Source of the DNA: TPA_inf: Saccharomyces
Lineage: Eukaryota
Direction of reading: 5' to 3'
DNA: 64,000 nucleotides
NCBI GenBank assembly: GCA_000146045.2
Contig: BK006939.2
Coordinates: 64,001-128,000, forward strand
The position numbers and the translations under genes were made by a program. Shown one piece after another: positions 11,944 to 22,178 of the stretch (its first letter is position 1; the number at the start of each line of letters is the position of its first letter). The notes beneath the pieces are model-generated. The model saw nothing but the letters and a program-made list of their open reading frames with translations. It made no database searches and was not told the origin of the DNA.

Positions 11944-13431
11944 ATGAAAACTGATAGATTACTGATTAACGCTTCCCCGGAGACATGTACCAAGGGAGAT
12001 GCTGAGATGGATACTATGGATACTATTGACAGAATGACATCAGTTAAAGTTTTAGCGGAAGGCAAGGTATTAAGCAACTTCGAAGAACCGGGCTTAATGA
12101 GGTGCGGTTATCATGATGCAAAAAACTGGGTCAGAAGATTATCGAGCGAAACAATTGTCGGTGAGGACACGAGTAATTTATACCCATTTTATGTTGATAC
12201 TGCATACGATGTAAGGCGTTTGAGAAAGGATCTTATAAATGCTAAGGTTGACTTGCAGGTTGAAAACCTGATAATAATCTGCAATATTAATGATATTTCC
12301 ACTGTATTTCTCATGAGAGAAGTGGTGGAATGGATCTTACGCAATTTCCATTCAATAACTGTATATGTACAAGATATTTTTAAAAAGTCAACTCAGTTTG
12401 CTGTTGGTGACCTCTGCAAAGACAGCAATTGCAGTAAAAACAGAGTAAAGTATTGGTCAAAAGAATTTGTTAAAAAACACGATTCATTCTTTGACTTGAT
12501 GATTACACTAGGGGGTGATGGAACTGTCCTTTTTGCTTCATCTATATTCACGAAAGATGTTCCGCCGATTGTTCCATTTGCCCTTGGATCATTAGGATTT
12601 CTAACAAATTTTGAATTTCAAAATTTCAAAGAAACGTTGAAACATATCTTAACAGATGAGGTTCGTATTAATTTACGAATGAGGTTGCAATGCAAACTCT
12701 ACCGTAGAAATAAACCAGAAATTGATGCCGCAACTGGGAGAAAAATATGTTACATCGATTTCATCTCCGAACATCACGTATTGAACGAAGTAACCATAGA
12801 TAGAGGTCCAGCTCCTTGTTTATCCCTATTAGAACTCTATGGAAACGACTCACTAATGACTAAGGTTCAGGGAGATGGATTGATTGTTGCCACGCCTACG
12901 GGATCCACGGCATACTCATTGAGTGCAGGAGGCTCTTTAATATCGCCAAGCGTAAATGCCATAGCGGTGACGCCTATATGTCCTCATACTTTGAGCTTTA
13001 GGCCTATAATTTTACCAGATAGCATGGAATTAAAAGTTAGAGTAGATATGAACTCAAGAGGGACGTCGTGGGTGAATTTTGACGGAAAAGATAGAGTTGA
13101 ATTGAAACAGGGTGACTATGTTGTGATAACTGCAAGCCCCTATTCGGTACCGACTATCGAGTCATCTGCCAGTGAATTTTTTGAAAGTATCAGTAAAAAT
13201 CTTAATTGGAATGACCGCGAAGAGCAGAAGCCATTTGCACATATTCTCTCGCCAAAAAATCAAGAAAAATATAGATTAGACTCATCGAAAAATGGAAACG
13301 ACACCATAAGTAATCCCCTCGAGAGTTCATGCATAAGCTCAGATGCACAAGATGAGGAGAGGAAATCCGTAACGGAAACAGAAACAGAAATAGTTGTTGA
13401 ACGGACTCGTCAGGCTCATTTTGCAATCTAA
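11944..13431 (+). CDS. YEF1: ATP-NADH kinase, 495 aa
   Basis: NAD kinase motifs GGDGTVL and DGxxxxTPTGSTAYSLSAGG. 495 aa; position YEL041W (UTR1 paralog). Confidence 0.9.
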   Translation: MKTDRLLINASPETCTKGDAEMDTMDTIDRMTSVKVLAEGKVLSNFEEPGLMRCGYHDAKNWVRRLSSETIVGEDTSNLYPFYVDTAYDVRRLRKDLINAKVDLQVENLIIICNINDISTVFLMREVVEWILRNFHSITVYVQDIFKKSTQFAVGDLCKDSNCSKNRVKYWSKEFVKKHDSFFDLMITLGGDGTVLFASSIFTKDVPPIVPFALGSLGFLTNFEFQNFKETLKHILTDEVRINLRMRLQCKLYRRNKPEIDAATGRKICYIDFISEHHVLNEVTIDRGPAPCLSLLELYGNDSLMTKVQGDGLIVATPTGSTAYSLSAGGSLISPSVNAIAVTPICPHTLSFRPIILPDSMELKVRVDMNSRGTSWVNFDGKDRVELKQGDYVVITASPYSVPTIESSASEFFESISKNLNWNDREEQKPFAHILSPKNQEKYRLDSSKNGNDTISNPLESSCISSDAQDEERKSVTETETEIVVERTRQAHFAI

Positions 13432-14052
13432 CGATTTCCCACATCCTGCGTTTCCGTAGTCAAGGGTTCATAATGGATGATGAGCCTGTAAACAGCTTTG
13501 TATTTACCTCTTTTACTTCAAGAATGCTCTTGCGTCGTTTGCAGTGTCGAAGAAGATCCAGTAGAGCTATACAAAATGGAGAAATGAAACAGTTGAACCA
13601 GAGCGCCGCATTTGGCAGGTAGTTTCGCTAAATTTCCTCATGCGCGTTTGTAATTATGCTAGTTAACCATATGATAAGGTTGCCTAACTTGCAGTCACCG
13701 GAAGGTTATTTCCGGAATGGTGCAGAATAATTTTTAAAATAGTAGCATATATTTCGTTCCAATTCCCAAATAGGGAATTATAATTATGACAGATAAATTC
13801 CCGATTAGGAAGAAGCGCGAAAATTCTTGAAAAACTTTTTTCAACCTCGAAGAAAATCGTCGTCCTTCGAAGATTTAGTGGGAATCTTCAAGGTGGATAG
13901 TTTCCAAATTAAAACTGCAGAAGAGGCTTTTAAAACATGCCTGAGGTATAAAAAGAACAACATTCCTGGTGATTATGGTTTCTGTTGGACCCTGTTCCCT
14001 TTGTAAAACTTCTATTTATTGTCCTGCAAATAAGCTAATTATATAATTAATA

Positions 14053-15456
14053 ATGGCAATCGTTAATAGTTGGCTAATTTGTTTAGTCAGTATTTTTTCC
14101 TTCGTGGTACGTGTAGAGGCCGCTACATTTTGCAATGCAACTCAAGCATGTCCCGAAGATAAACCATGTTGCTCACAATATGGTGAATGTGGTACTGGTC
14201 AATATTGTCTGAACAACTGTGATGTAAGATATTCGTTTAGTCATGATTCATGTATGCCTGTACCTATCTGCAAGAGTTCATCCACTAAATTCAAAGATTA
14301 TTCCTCTAAGTTGGGGAATGCTAACACTTTCTTAGGAAATGTTAGTGAGGCTGATTGGTTGTATACTGGTGACGTTTTGGATTATGATGATGAAGAAAGT
14401 TTAATTTTGGCGATGCCCAAGAACAGTGGTGGTACCGTTCTTTCCTCCACGAGGGCTGTTTGGTATGGTAAGGTCAGTGCTAGAATAAAGACGTCACATC
14501 TTGCTGGTGTGGTCACTGGGTTCATTCTGTATTCCGGCGCAGGTGATGAACTTGATTACGAATTCGTCGGTGCTGATCTAGAAACTGCTCAAACCAATTT
14601 CTATTGGGAAAGTGTTTTGAACTACACGAATTCTGCCAATATTTCCACTACTGATACATTTGAAAACTACCATACTTACGAATTAGATTGGCACGAAGAT
14701 TATGTAACATGGTCCATCGATGGTGTCGTCGGTAGAACCTTGTACAAGAACGAAACTTATAACGCCACCACCCAAAAATATCAATACCCACAAACCCCAT
14801 CCAAGGTGGATATTTCCATTTGGCCAGGTGGTAATTCTACCAACGCTCCAGGAACCATTGCATGGTCTGGTGGTGAAATTAATTGGGACGCATCCGATAT
14901 CAGCAACCCAGGATATTATTATGCTATTGTCAATGAAGTTAATATCACATGTTATGATCCACCAAGCGATACCAAGAAGAATGGTACTTCTGCTTATGTG
15001 TATACTTCGTCCAGTGAATTTTTGGCCAAAGACATTGCTATTACCGATGATGAGGTCATGATGGACAGTGATGAGGGATCTGGCTTGGACCCACATAAGG
15101 GAGCTACCACATCTTCCACCCAAAAGAGTTCTTCCTCAACTGCAACCTCTTCCTCCAAAACGTCATCCGATCACAGCAGTTCAACTAAGAAGAGTAGTAA
15201 GACTAGTTCCACCGCTTCATCATCATCATCATCATCTTCTTCTTCTTCTTCTTCTTCCTCTACTGCTACTAAGAACGGAGATAAAGTCGTATCCTCCGTA
15301 TCCTCTTCCGTCACTTCCCAAACTCAAACAACATCTTCTGTAAGCGGAAGCGCCTCCAGCAGTACAAGCTCAATGAGCGGTAATAACGCAGGTGCCAACG
15401 TAGCGGCAAACTGGCGTTTGACTGTTTTATGTGTCATCCTAGGTTATGTCTTATAG
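14053..15456 (+). CDS. UTR2: GH16 chitin transglycosylase, GPI-anchored cell-wall protein, 467 aa
   Basis: Signal peptide, GH16 catalytic motif region (DELDYEF), Ser/Thr-rich stalk and a hydrophobic C-terminus (GPI signal). Matches UTR2/CRH2 (YEL040W). Confidence 0.92.
   Translation: MAIVNSWLICLVSIFSFVVRVEAATFCNATQACPEDKPCCSQYGECGTGQYCLNNCDVRYSFSHDSCMPVPICKSSSTKFKDYSSKLGNANTFLGNVSEADWLYTGDVLDYDDEESLILAMPKNSGGTVLSSTRAVWYGKVSARIKTSHLAGVVTGFILYSGAGDELDYEFVGADLETAQTNFYWESVLNYTNSANISTTDTFENYHTYELDWHEDYVTWSIDGVVGRTLYKNETYNATTQKYQYPQTPSKVDISIWPGGNSTNAPGTIAWSGGEINWDASDISNPGYYYAIVNEVNITCYDPPSDTKKNGTSAYVYTSSSEFLAKDIAITDDEVMMDSDEGSGLDPHKGATTSSTQKSSSSTATSSSKTSSDHSSSTKKSSKTSSTASSSSSSSSSSSSSSSTATKNGDKVVSSVSSSVTSQTQTTSSVSGSASSSTSSMSGNNAGANVAANWRLTVLCVILGYVL
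15217..15258 (+). repeat. (TCA)6(TCT)7 trinucleotide repeat encoding poly-Ser in the UTR2 stalk
   Basis: Direct reading: tcatcatcatcatcatcatcttcttcttcttcttcttct. Confidence 0.95.
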
Positions 15457-15635
15457 GAGGATCTGCATCTAAGAACAAATAGGCTACACAGGACTCTCAA
15501 AAAAAAATGTATTAATAAATAAAAGAACTTAAATATAGACTTTTTATTCGCATGCATATAAAAATAATTAATTAATAAATAACTGTAAAAAACTAGAATA
15601 ATAAAAGTAATAAATATCTCCTCCGACGACATAGC

Positions 15636-15977
15636 CTATTTGGCAGCCTTTGTCATATAAGTAATTAAATCGTTTCTGTCCTTTTCCTTCTTCAACCCGG
15701 CAAACGCCATCTTGGTACCAGGAATATATTTCTTTGGGTTCGTCAAGTACTCGGACATACTATCCTCATCCCATTTGACGTTCTTGTTGATGTTTGCATC
15801 TGTGTAAGAATAACCCTTTACCTGACCTGAATGTCTACCAAAAATACCATGTAAATTAGGTCCAACTTTGTTAGGACCACCCTCTTCTATTGTATGACAC
15901 TGCTGACACCTCGTTTTAAACAATGTAGCACCCTTTTTTGCAGAGCCTGGTTTGAATCCCGTACTTTCTTTAGCCAT
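15636..15977 (-). CDS. CYC7: Iso-2-cytochrome c, 113 aa
   Basis: CQQCH heme-binding motif and full identity to the remembered iso-2-cytochrome c sequence. The Hap1 UAS sits upstream (see regulatory feature). Confidence 0.97.
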   Translation of the reverse strand: MAKESTGFKPGSAKKGATLFKTRCQQCHTIEEGGPNKVGPNLHGIFGRHSGQVKGYSYTDANINKNVKWDEDSMSEYLTNPKKYIPGTKMAFAGLKKEKDRNDLITYMTKAAK

Positions 15978-16209
15978 GTTTTGTTTATGATGTAATGTAG
16001 TTTACTGAAGTTTACTTAAAGTAATGTGAATAAATGCTTGTATGTGATCTTCTTGTATAAGTCTTTGATTTTGTTTCAACCTCAACAAAAAGAGAACTAT
16101 TCTGATCTAATCTTCTCGAGCTTCACAACACGATATATATATATGTTGTGTGCCTTTGTCTTTGCCCCTTGCGGCCACTTATAGTAGTTGGAACTTGAAT
16201 AAATGCCCT

Positions 16210-16228
16210 CGCTATTATCGCTATTAGC
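16210..16228 (+). promoter_or_regulatory. Hap1 binding site / CYC7 UAS (direct CGC-N6-CGC repeat CGCTATTATCGCTATTAGC)
   Basis: Exact match to the classical CYC7 Hap1 site, about 235 bp upstream of the CYC7 ATG (minus-strand gene). Confidence 0.85.
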
Positions 16229-16461
16229 TTTGAGAAGGTGGGAAAAGACCCCTCGGCGGGGGACTGCAGACCCTTCTCAGAGAAGGCACGAAGGAAAATA
16301 ATTCAATAAGGGGCGCTATAACCCGGCTGCTGATCCATTTCTTTTTTCGTTTCTTTTTCTTCAAGCGGAATGATAATAATAATACCAACGATGACGGTGG
16401 TGAGTGGGATGAATATGGAATGGTCATTGGGCAAAAGGTCCTGCTAGCTCGTATACCAAAA

Positions 16462-17145
16462 ATGGGAGACAATTACTCGACTTACTTGCTTGATATTGAA
16501 GGGACAGTGTGCCCGATCTCGTTCGTGAAGGAGACTTTATTCCCTTATTTCACGAATAAAGTGCCGCAATTGGTTCAACAGGATACAAGGGACTCCCCGG
16601 TTTCCAACATTCTGTCGCAGTTTCACATCGACAATAAGGAGCAGTTGCAGGCGCATATTTTGGAGTTGGTGGCCAAGGATGTGAAGGATCCAATCTTGAA
16701 ACAGTTGCAAGGCTACGTCTGGGCTCACGGATACGAATCTGGGCAGATTAAGGCGCCCGTTTATGCAGATGCTATTGACTTTATCAAGAGGAAGAAGCGT
16801 GTGTTTATCTACTCTAGTGGATCTGTAAAGGCACAGAAATTGCTGTTCGGGTATGTTCAGGATCCCAACGCGCCTGCGCATGATTCGTTGGATTTGAATT
16901 CTTATATAGATGGTTATTTCGACATCAACACTTCTGGAAAGAAAACCGAAACACAGTCTTACGCCAACATCTTGCGGGATATCGGTGCGAAGGCTAGCGA
17001 GGTACTGTTCTTGAGCGATAATCCATTGGAATTGGACGCAGCGGCCGGCGTTGGAATAGCTACTGGGTTAGCTTCCCGACCTGGTAATGCACCTGTCCCC
17101 GATGGGCAAAAGTACCAGGTATACAAGAATTTTGAAACTCTTTAA
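16462..17145 (+). CDS. UTR4: Enolase-phosphatase E1 (methionine salvage, HAD superfamily), 227 aa; annotated start at the internal Met (MGDNYSTYLLDIEGT...)
   Basis: The HAD motif I DIEGT lies just after the second Met. 227 aa from that ATG matches UTR4 (YEL038W). The track ORF begins 14 codons upstream at 16420. Confidence 0.85.
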   Translation: MGDNYSTYLLDIEGTVCPISFVKETLFPYFTNKVPQLVQQDTRDSPVSNILSQFHIDNKEQLQAHILELVAKDVKDPILKQLQGYVWAHGYESGQIKAPVYADAIDFIKRKKRVFIYSSGSVKAQKLLFGYVQDPNAPAHDSLDLNSYIDGYFDINTSGKKTETQSYANILRDIGAKASEVLFLSDNPLELDAAAGVGIATGLASRPGNAPVPDGQKYQVYKNFETL

Positions 17146-17187
17146 CAAAACTGTATATATGCGCTAAAAGCAGTATAATCATTATTT

Positions 17188-17239
17188 GTTGTTGTTATTA
17201 TTATTATTATTGTTATTATTATTATTATTATTATTATTG
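17188..17239 (+). repeat. (GTT)3(ATT)n microsatellite in the convergent UTR4/RAD23 3' intergenic region
   Basis: Direct reading: gttgttgttattattattattattgttattattattattattattatt. Confidence 0.95.
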
Positions 17240-17406
17240 AGATTAATATTACCATCTCTCTGTTTTCTTTTCTTTCCCTTCTAGCATATATAAATACACA
17301 TACGTTATTGATTTCTACGTAAGCTTTTTTTTTCCCTTGGCTCAAAAATCATGCAACATTGTCGAGAATAAGTGAAGATACTTCAAGCCATAACATTACT
17401 ACAATC

Positions 17407-18603
17407 TCAGTCGGCATGATCGCTGAATAGAATATTTGCTGCAGCTTCTTCGTTTTTATCGCACGCAAAATACACCTGGATAACAAGATCTCTTTCAAAG
17501 CCCAATTCACAGAGGCGCGAAATAGCTTGATCGTCTTCGGGGGTATAGTCAACTTGGAAAGAACCTTCACCTTCACCTTGTCCCAGTCCTGCAGCAGCAG
17601 CCTCTCCTGTAACTTCTATATCCTCTCCTTCCACCATATCATCCGCACCTTCCATAACATCTTGCATATTGTCACCCACGGCTTCTAGCAACATGGACAC
17701 AAACACTTCTGGGTTTGCCATGATATGTTCACGTAATTGAGGATATCTAGCACTTATGTTTTCCAACAATGGGGCTAAAGCTTCTGGGTTACCTGAAACG
17801 ACCTGTCTCAACGATAGTAAATCTTCTACAGTGAGGCCAATGGAACCTGGAGGTCCACCTTGCGCAGCATCTGTAGCTCCTCCAGTTGTGCCAAGCGCAC
17901 CGGATGAAGCATTACCGCCTTGGGCAGCTTGTGCAAATAAGTCGTCTTCAGCCGGTTGTTCCGCAGTGGTGGCGGCTGTCGATGGTTGTTCCGCTGCGGC
18001 GGCTGTTTGTTGCTGTGGTTCCGGTTGACGCAGATTTTCTGGAATACCCATCAGTAGATATTCCACCGCTCTATCTGGATTATTAAAGGCTGCTCTCAAG
18101 GCTCGTTCGACTTCCTCTCTTTGGTAGCCCATTTCCATGATTCTCTCGATGGTCTCGTTCCTCTCGGTTCCCACCACGAATCCCGGTGTAGAGGCAGATT
18201 CAGTACGTTCTGTAGTGGCGGTTTGTTCTTCTTGCGGTTGTGAGCCTTCGGGAGCAGTGGCTGCAGGAGCTGCAGAAGCATCCGTACTGGGGGATGCTTC
18301 TGTAGAATTTTCTCTTCCGGGGGTAGTGGCGCTCTCAGGAGCAATTGGAGGTTCTGTTACTTTGGTCTTCGTGGACTTTTTTTGAGAAACCATGAAGACA
18401 ACTTGGTCCCCATCTTTTAGCCCGCATTCCGATACGGTTTTGGAATCTTGTAGCACTTTACCCGAGTAGATCAGTTTTATTTGAGATTCTTCACAAGAAA
18501 TGGATTGAGCAAGCTTGGTCTTGGTCTCTAAAATTGTGTTTGAAGGTTCCAGATCTAAAGGAACTTTTTCCTTCTTGAAATTTTTAAAGGTTAAGCTAAC
18601 CAT
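17407..18603 (-). CDS. RAD23: NER / proteasome shuttle protein with N-terminal ubiquitin-like domain and two UBA domains, 398 aa
   Basis: UBL N-terminus ([18 protein letters not shown]...), Ala/Thr/Pro-rich linkers and UBA-like segments ([28 protein letters not shown]; [30 protein letters not shown]). 398 aa. Confidence 0.95.
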
Positions 18604-19049
18604 TTTTCTATTGTATGTTGTCTTTGTGTGATCTGTGATTTAAAGGTGGAGTTAGATGCCTTTATTAAGTCTTTAGAGGAAGGAAAATTGGATGGTAGCA
18701 AGCTTGTCTGCGAACGGCCTTATCAATGGTTCAAACTTAAAAACAGGGAGAAAAACCTAAGTGTACCTTCTAGCTTTAGCTACTAGTCAATACTGGATGG
18801 GACCTTGTTCTATCATTTTTTCTTAAGTTTTGCTGTCGCTATTTCTTGCCTAGCCATAATGAAAGAGAAGAAAATAAAAAAATTTCAATTTCGCCACCGA
18901 GCCGTGTATAGTGATTGATATAACAATGGTATTGTAATTCACTCAAAGAAAAGTTAAAGACCAAAGAATAGAGGTTTGATATTATTATCGGTATATATGT
19001 ACAACTATATGAATTCGTACTTCATATGTAGGTCACTAAAAAACCGAGC

Positions 19050-19155
19050 CTAGTTTCTATCAGGGTCGAAGTCTAATGGAACTTCTTTAGGATGTTTTTT
19101 CTTGTTCTTGTCGTTGTCATCAAGAGGTTTCCCCTGCGGGTTGCCGTCGAGCTGT

Positions 19156-19193
<38 letters not shown>

Positions 19194-20552
19194 TTGTTGC
19201 TGTTGTTGTTGTTGTTGGTTGTTTGGTGAGACAAAGTCACCCTTTGAGTCCACCAGCTCCGAGCCATCTCCCTCTTCAGACCAGTCTACAGTGACTTTAT
19301 TGTTCAAAGTGGAGTCAATGTTTTTTAAGATTGAATCTCTTTCTTCGTTCCATTGGTCTCTGACATCTTCAAATCCAATCTCCCAGATCTTGTTGTAAAA
19401 TTCGCGAATTCTCTCTTCTTCTAGTTTCCGCTTCTCCTCTTCAGCCATCCAAGCCATGTGCTTTAAGTCGTCGCTGGAAGGTTCGTAGATGTGCCAGATG
19501 ACATAATGGGGCAAGCCGATGACATTGTAATTCATCCTGCGGGAGAGCCTACCGAATGCTTCTGTCTCTGCGTGCTTTTCAAAGGAGAATGCAGGAAAGT
19601 GTGAGCCTGTTCTGAATACTTTAGCTTTCGCGAGAATCGAGACCCCTCCAATACCGTCCAATTCCATTTCGTCTTCTGGATTACCGTTTGGGTCTCTCAT
19701 GTATGCCAGGTGAGGTCTCCAAGTGGCGTACTCTGGGTACCCTTCCACAATGACAGCATCTTCGTCTAGGGAATCCGCCAATTGAAGACCCCCTTCTGAT
19801 TCCTTCCATGAATTTAAATCGTAGGGTTGAATGTTTCCCAGCCAGTCTGGTAAAGGTCTCCAGACGTTGGGGACAATGACGTCCTTGTCGTGATGCATTA
19901 GATCCTCCATGATGGTAGTGGGGATGGTTTCGACATCCACGTCTCTCCAGTAAACCCAGGAGTGGTATGGTTTCAGGGCCACGGACCCAAGCCAATTACG
20001 AGCCCTGGCCATCAGCTTTCTTCTGGGGCCCTGGGCGCCAAACCCGTGACGATCAGAAAAGGACTGACCAATGATTTGGCCGAAGTCCTTCTCATAGATT
20101 TCGATGTTACCAAACCTTTTGGACTTGTCTTGTTGCGATTGCGCCATCTGTAGATTGGATAGTAACACGCCCATGGTGTTATCCGAAGAGTCACTCACCA
20201 AAAACGACAGATCAATCAGGTTGTGCGGATATGTCATGGTATTCAGATGGTTAAAAAACATGGGAAGATGCTCAGAAGCATCTCTCAGTGGCACGCAAAA
20301 CAAGATGCGGTCACCCTGTTGCCAACCATCTTTGTTGCCTTGGTAATTTCGTAGGTCGTAGAACTCTACGCTGGGAGTATTTTTAAAATCTGGAACATAG
20401 GGCTTGAAGATTCCTTGGAAAGTTACCAGCTGGAATAGCGATATCGAGAAGAACGAAAGCACGAGTCTTGTGAGAAAGAACACCGTAAGCAACGTTCCAG
20501 CGATACTTACTGTGGTAGGGTTGAACGAGAGTTTTCTGTTATTATACTTCAT
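19050..20552 (-). CDS. ANP1: Golgi mannan polymerase II subunit (type II membrane mannosyltransferase), 500 aa, with a C-terminal polyQ tract
   Basis: N-terminal signal-anchor, ANP1/MNN9/VAN1 family body and a C-terminal Q24 run encoded by a CAG/CAA repeat. 500 aa matches YEL036C. Confidence 0.93.
19152..19218 (-). repeat. (CAG/CAA)n trinucleotide repeat encoding the Q24 tract of ANP1
   Basis: The plus strand reads (TTG/CTG)n continuously across the interval. Confidence 0.95.
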
Positions 20553-21044
20553 TATGGACGTACACTTTGCATGAAAGCCACAAGGAACTGTTTAATGGAG
20601 CGAAAAAAAGATGATGAGGGTAAATCGCACCAACACTCGCCTAGCAACTGAGTGATGAATGGTTTTGCAATGCTTGCTGTCTCTACTAACAGATCTTGGC
20701 GTTTTTGAATCGTGTAGTTATTTTTATTTATTTTTTTTATTTCATGTTTTCATGATTTCATCTTACGCAATTTTTTCACGATGAGACAAGGCGGGCGACC
20801 CCACACAAGAGGAAAATTGAACACAATGCGTTGGTAAAGGGATTACGAATTGATTAAACCAACATAGTGAGACAAGAAAAGAAAAGAAAAGAAAAGGAAA
20901 ATGAAAAAAAATAAAAAAAAGAAGGCAACTAGACCAGATGAGCCCGGTTCATTTCTATTCTCTGCAGTCACTGCTATTTTCATCAACAGCGCAGGCCAAG
21001 TTGAACGAGATAGTAGCAATCGTAAAAGGAACTAGCTAACTTCA

Positions 21045-21545
21045 TCATGAAAGTTTACCCTTTCTTGCCGCTACCCTTCTCGTTTGGCTGGTATTAGAGC
21101 ACAGCGGATATATCCGGCTCAACAGTATAAGTAACGATAAGTCCTGACCATTGGCTTCGTTCTGGTGGCATTTTCTCTGAGGGGTGAGAACAGCAAAACG
21201 GGAACGGCGACTTGGAGTAGTATAACGCTGTAGCTGGACGCTGAGGGGCCAAGGCCGGTAAAATTCTGCAACACCCAGACCTTGCTGCAGTGATATCATC
21301 CACCCATACCCCTCGATGTATTCCGTAGCGTTATATCGGGTCCGTGTGAGGCGACAAGGGACCTCCCGCACCGCACATACCGCAGGAGCTAAAAGAAACG
21401 CCGTCGCCCGAAAAAAAGTTTCGAAGGTGAAGGAACAGTGGTAATAAAAATTTTTTTCGTCGTCGTCGTCGATCGGCTTTTGGCCGCGTTGATCGTCGTG
21501 TTCCACGATTATATAATGCACAAGGTTTTTGCCATATCTTGACAT
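21045..21545 (-). CDS. UTR5: Protein of unknown function, 166 aa; the ORF overlaps the upstream control region of HYP2
   Basis: Length and position match YEL035C. No recognisable domain. GC-rich with Rap1-like motifs on the opposite strand. Confidence 0.6.
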   Translation of the reverse strand: MSRYGKNLVHYIIVEHDDQRGQKPIDDDDEKNFYYHCSFTFETFFRATAFLLAPAVCAVREVPCRLTRTRYNATEYIEGYGWMISLQQGLGVAEFYRPWPLSVQLQRYTTPSRRSRFAVLTPQRKCHQNEANGQDLSLLILLSRIYPLCSNTSQTRRVAARKGKLS

Positions 21546-21675
21546 TGGAATCCCTCATTTCCTAAATTCCTCTCCTTCTATCAATTGCTTCCTTTCCTTC
21601 TTTCTAACGATTCTACTTCTGTAGCCAATTACTCATAGACTCCCAAACACACACAAATACCAACTCATATATACA

Positions 21676-22149
21676 ATGTCTGACGAAGAACATACCTTTG
21701 AAACTGCTGACGCTGGTTCCTCCGCCACCTACCCAATGCAATGTTCTGCCTTGAGAAAGAACGGTTTCGTTGTCATCAAGAGTAGACCATGTAAGATTGT
21801 CGACATGTCCACTTCTAAGACTGGTAAGCACGGTCACGCTAAAGTCCATTTGGTTGCCATTGATATCTTCACTGGTAAGAAGTTGGAAGATTTGTCTCCA
21901 TCTACTCACAACATGGAAGTTCCAGTTGTCAAGAGAAACGAATACCAATTGTTGGACATTGATGACGGTTTCTTGTCTTTGATGAACATGGACGGTGACA
22001 CTAAGGATGATGTCAAGGCTCCAGAAGGTGAATTGGGTGACAGTTTGCAAACTGCTTTTGATGAAGGTAAGGACTTGATGGTTACCATCATCTCCGCTAT
22101 GGGTGAAGAAGCCGCCATCTCCTTCAAGGAAGCTGCTAGAACCGATTAA
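21676..22149 (+). CDS. HYP2: Translation factor eIF5A (hypusine-containing), 157 aa
   Basis: The hypusination loop [12 protein letters not shown] is present, with exact eIF5A architecture; 157 aa. HYP2 rather than ANB1 by chromosomal context (YEL034W). Confidence 0.97.
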   Translation: MSDEEHTFETADAGSSATYPMQCSALRKNGFVVIKSRPCKIVDMSTSKTGKHGHAKVHLVAIDIFTGKKLEDLSPSTHNMEVPVVKRNEYQLLDIDDGFLSLMNMDGDTKDDVKAPEGELGDSLQTAFDEGKDLMVTIISAMGEEAAISFKEAARTD

Positions 22150-22178
22150 ACCGGTTAACATCATGGCATGGGATATAA

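Noticed and set aside
15068-15343. ORF 15068..15343 (+) with a poly-His/poly-Leu translation and ORF 14683..15123 (-)
   Set aside because: These are alternative-frame or antisense readings of the UTR2 Ser/Thr-rich repeat region, not independent genes.
19073-19398. ORFs 19073..19267 (-, poly-Asn/Ser) and 19102..19398 (+, poly-Cys)
   Set aside because: They are frame-shifted or antisense readings of the ANP1 CAG/CAA repeat.
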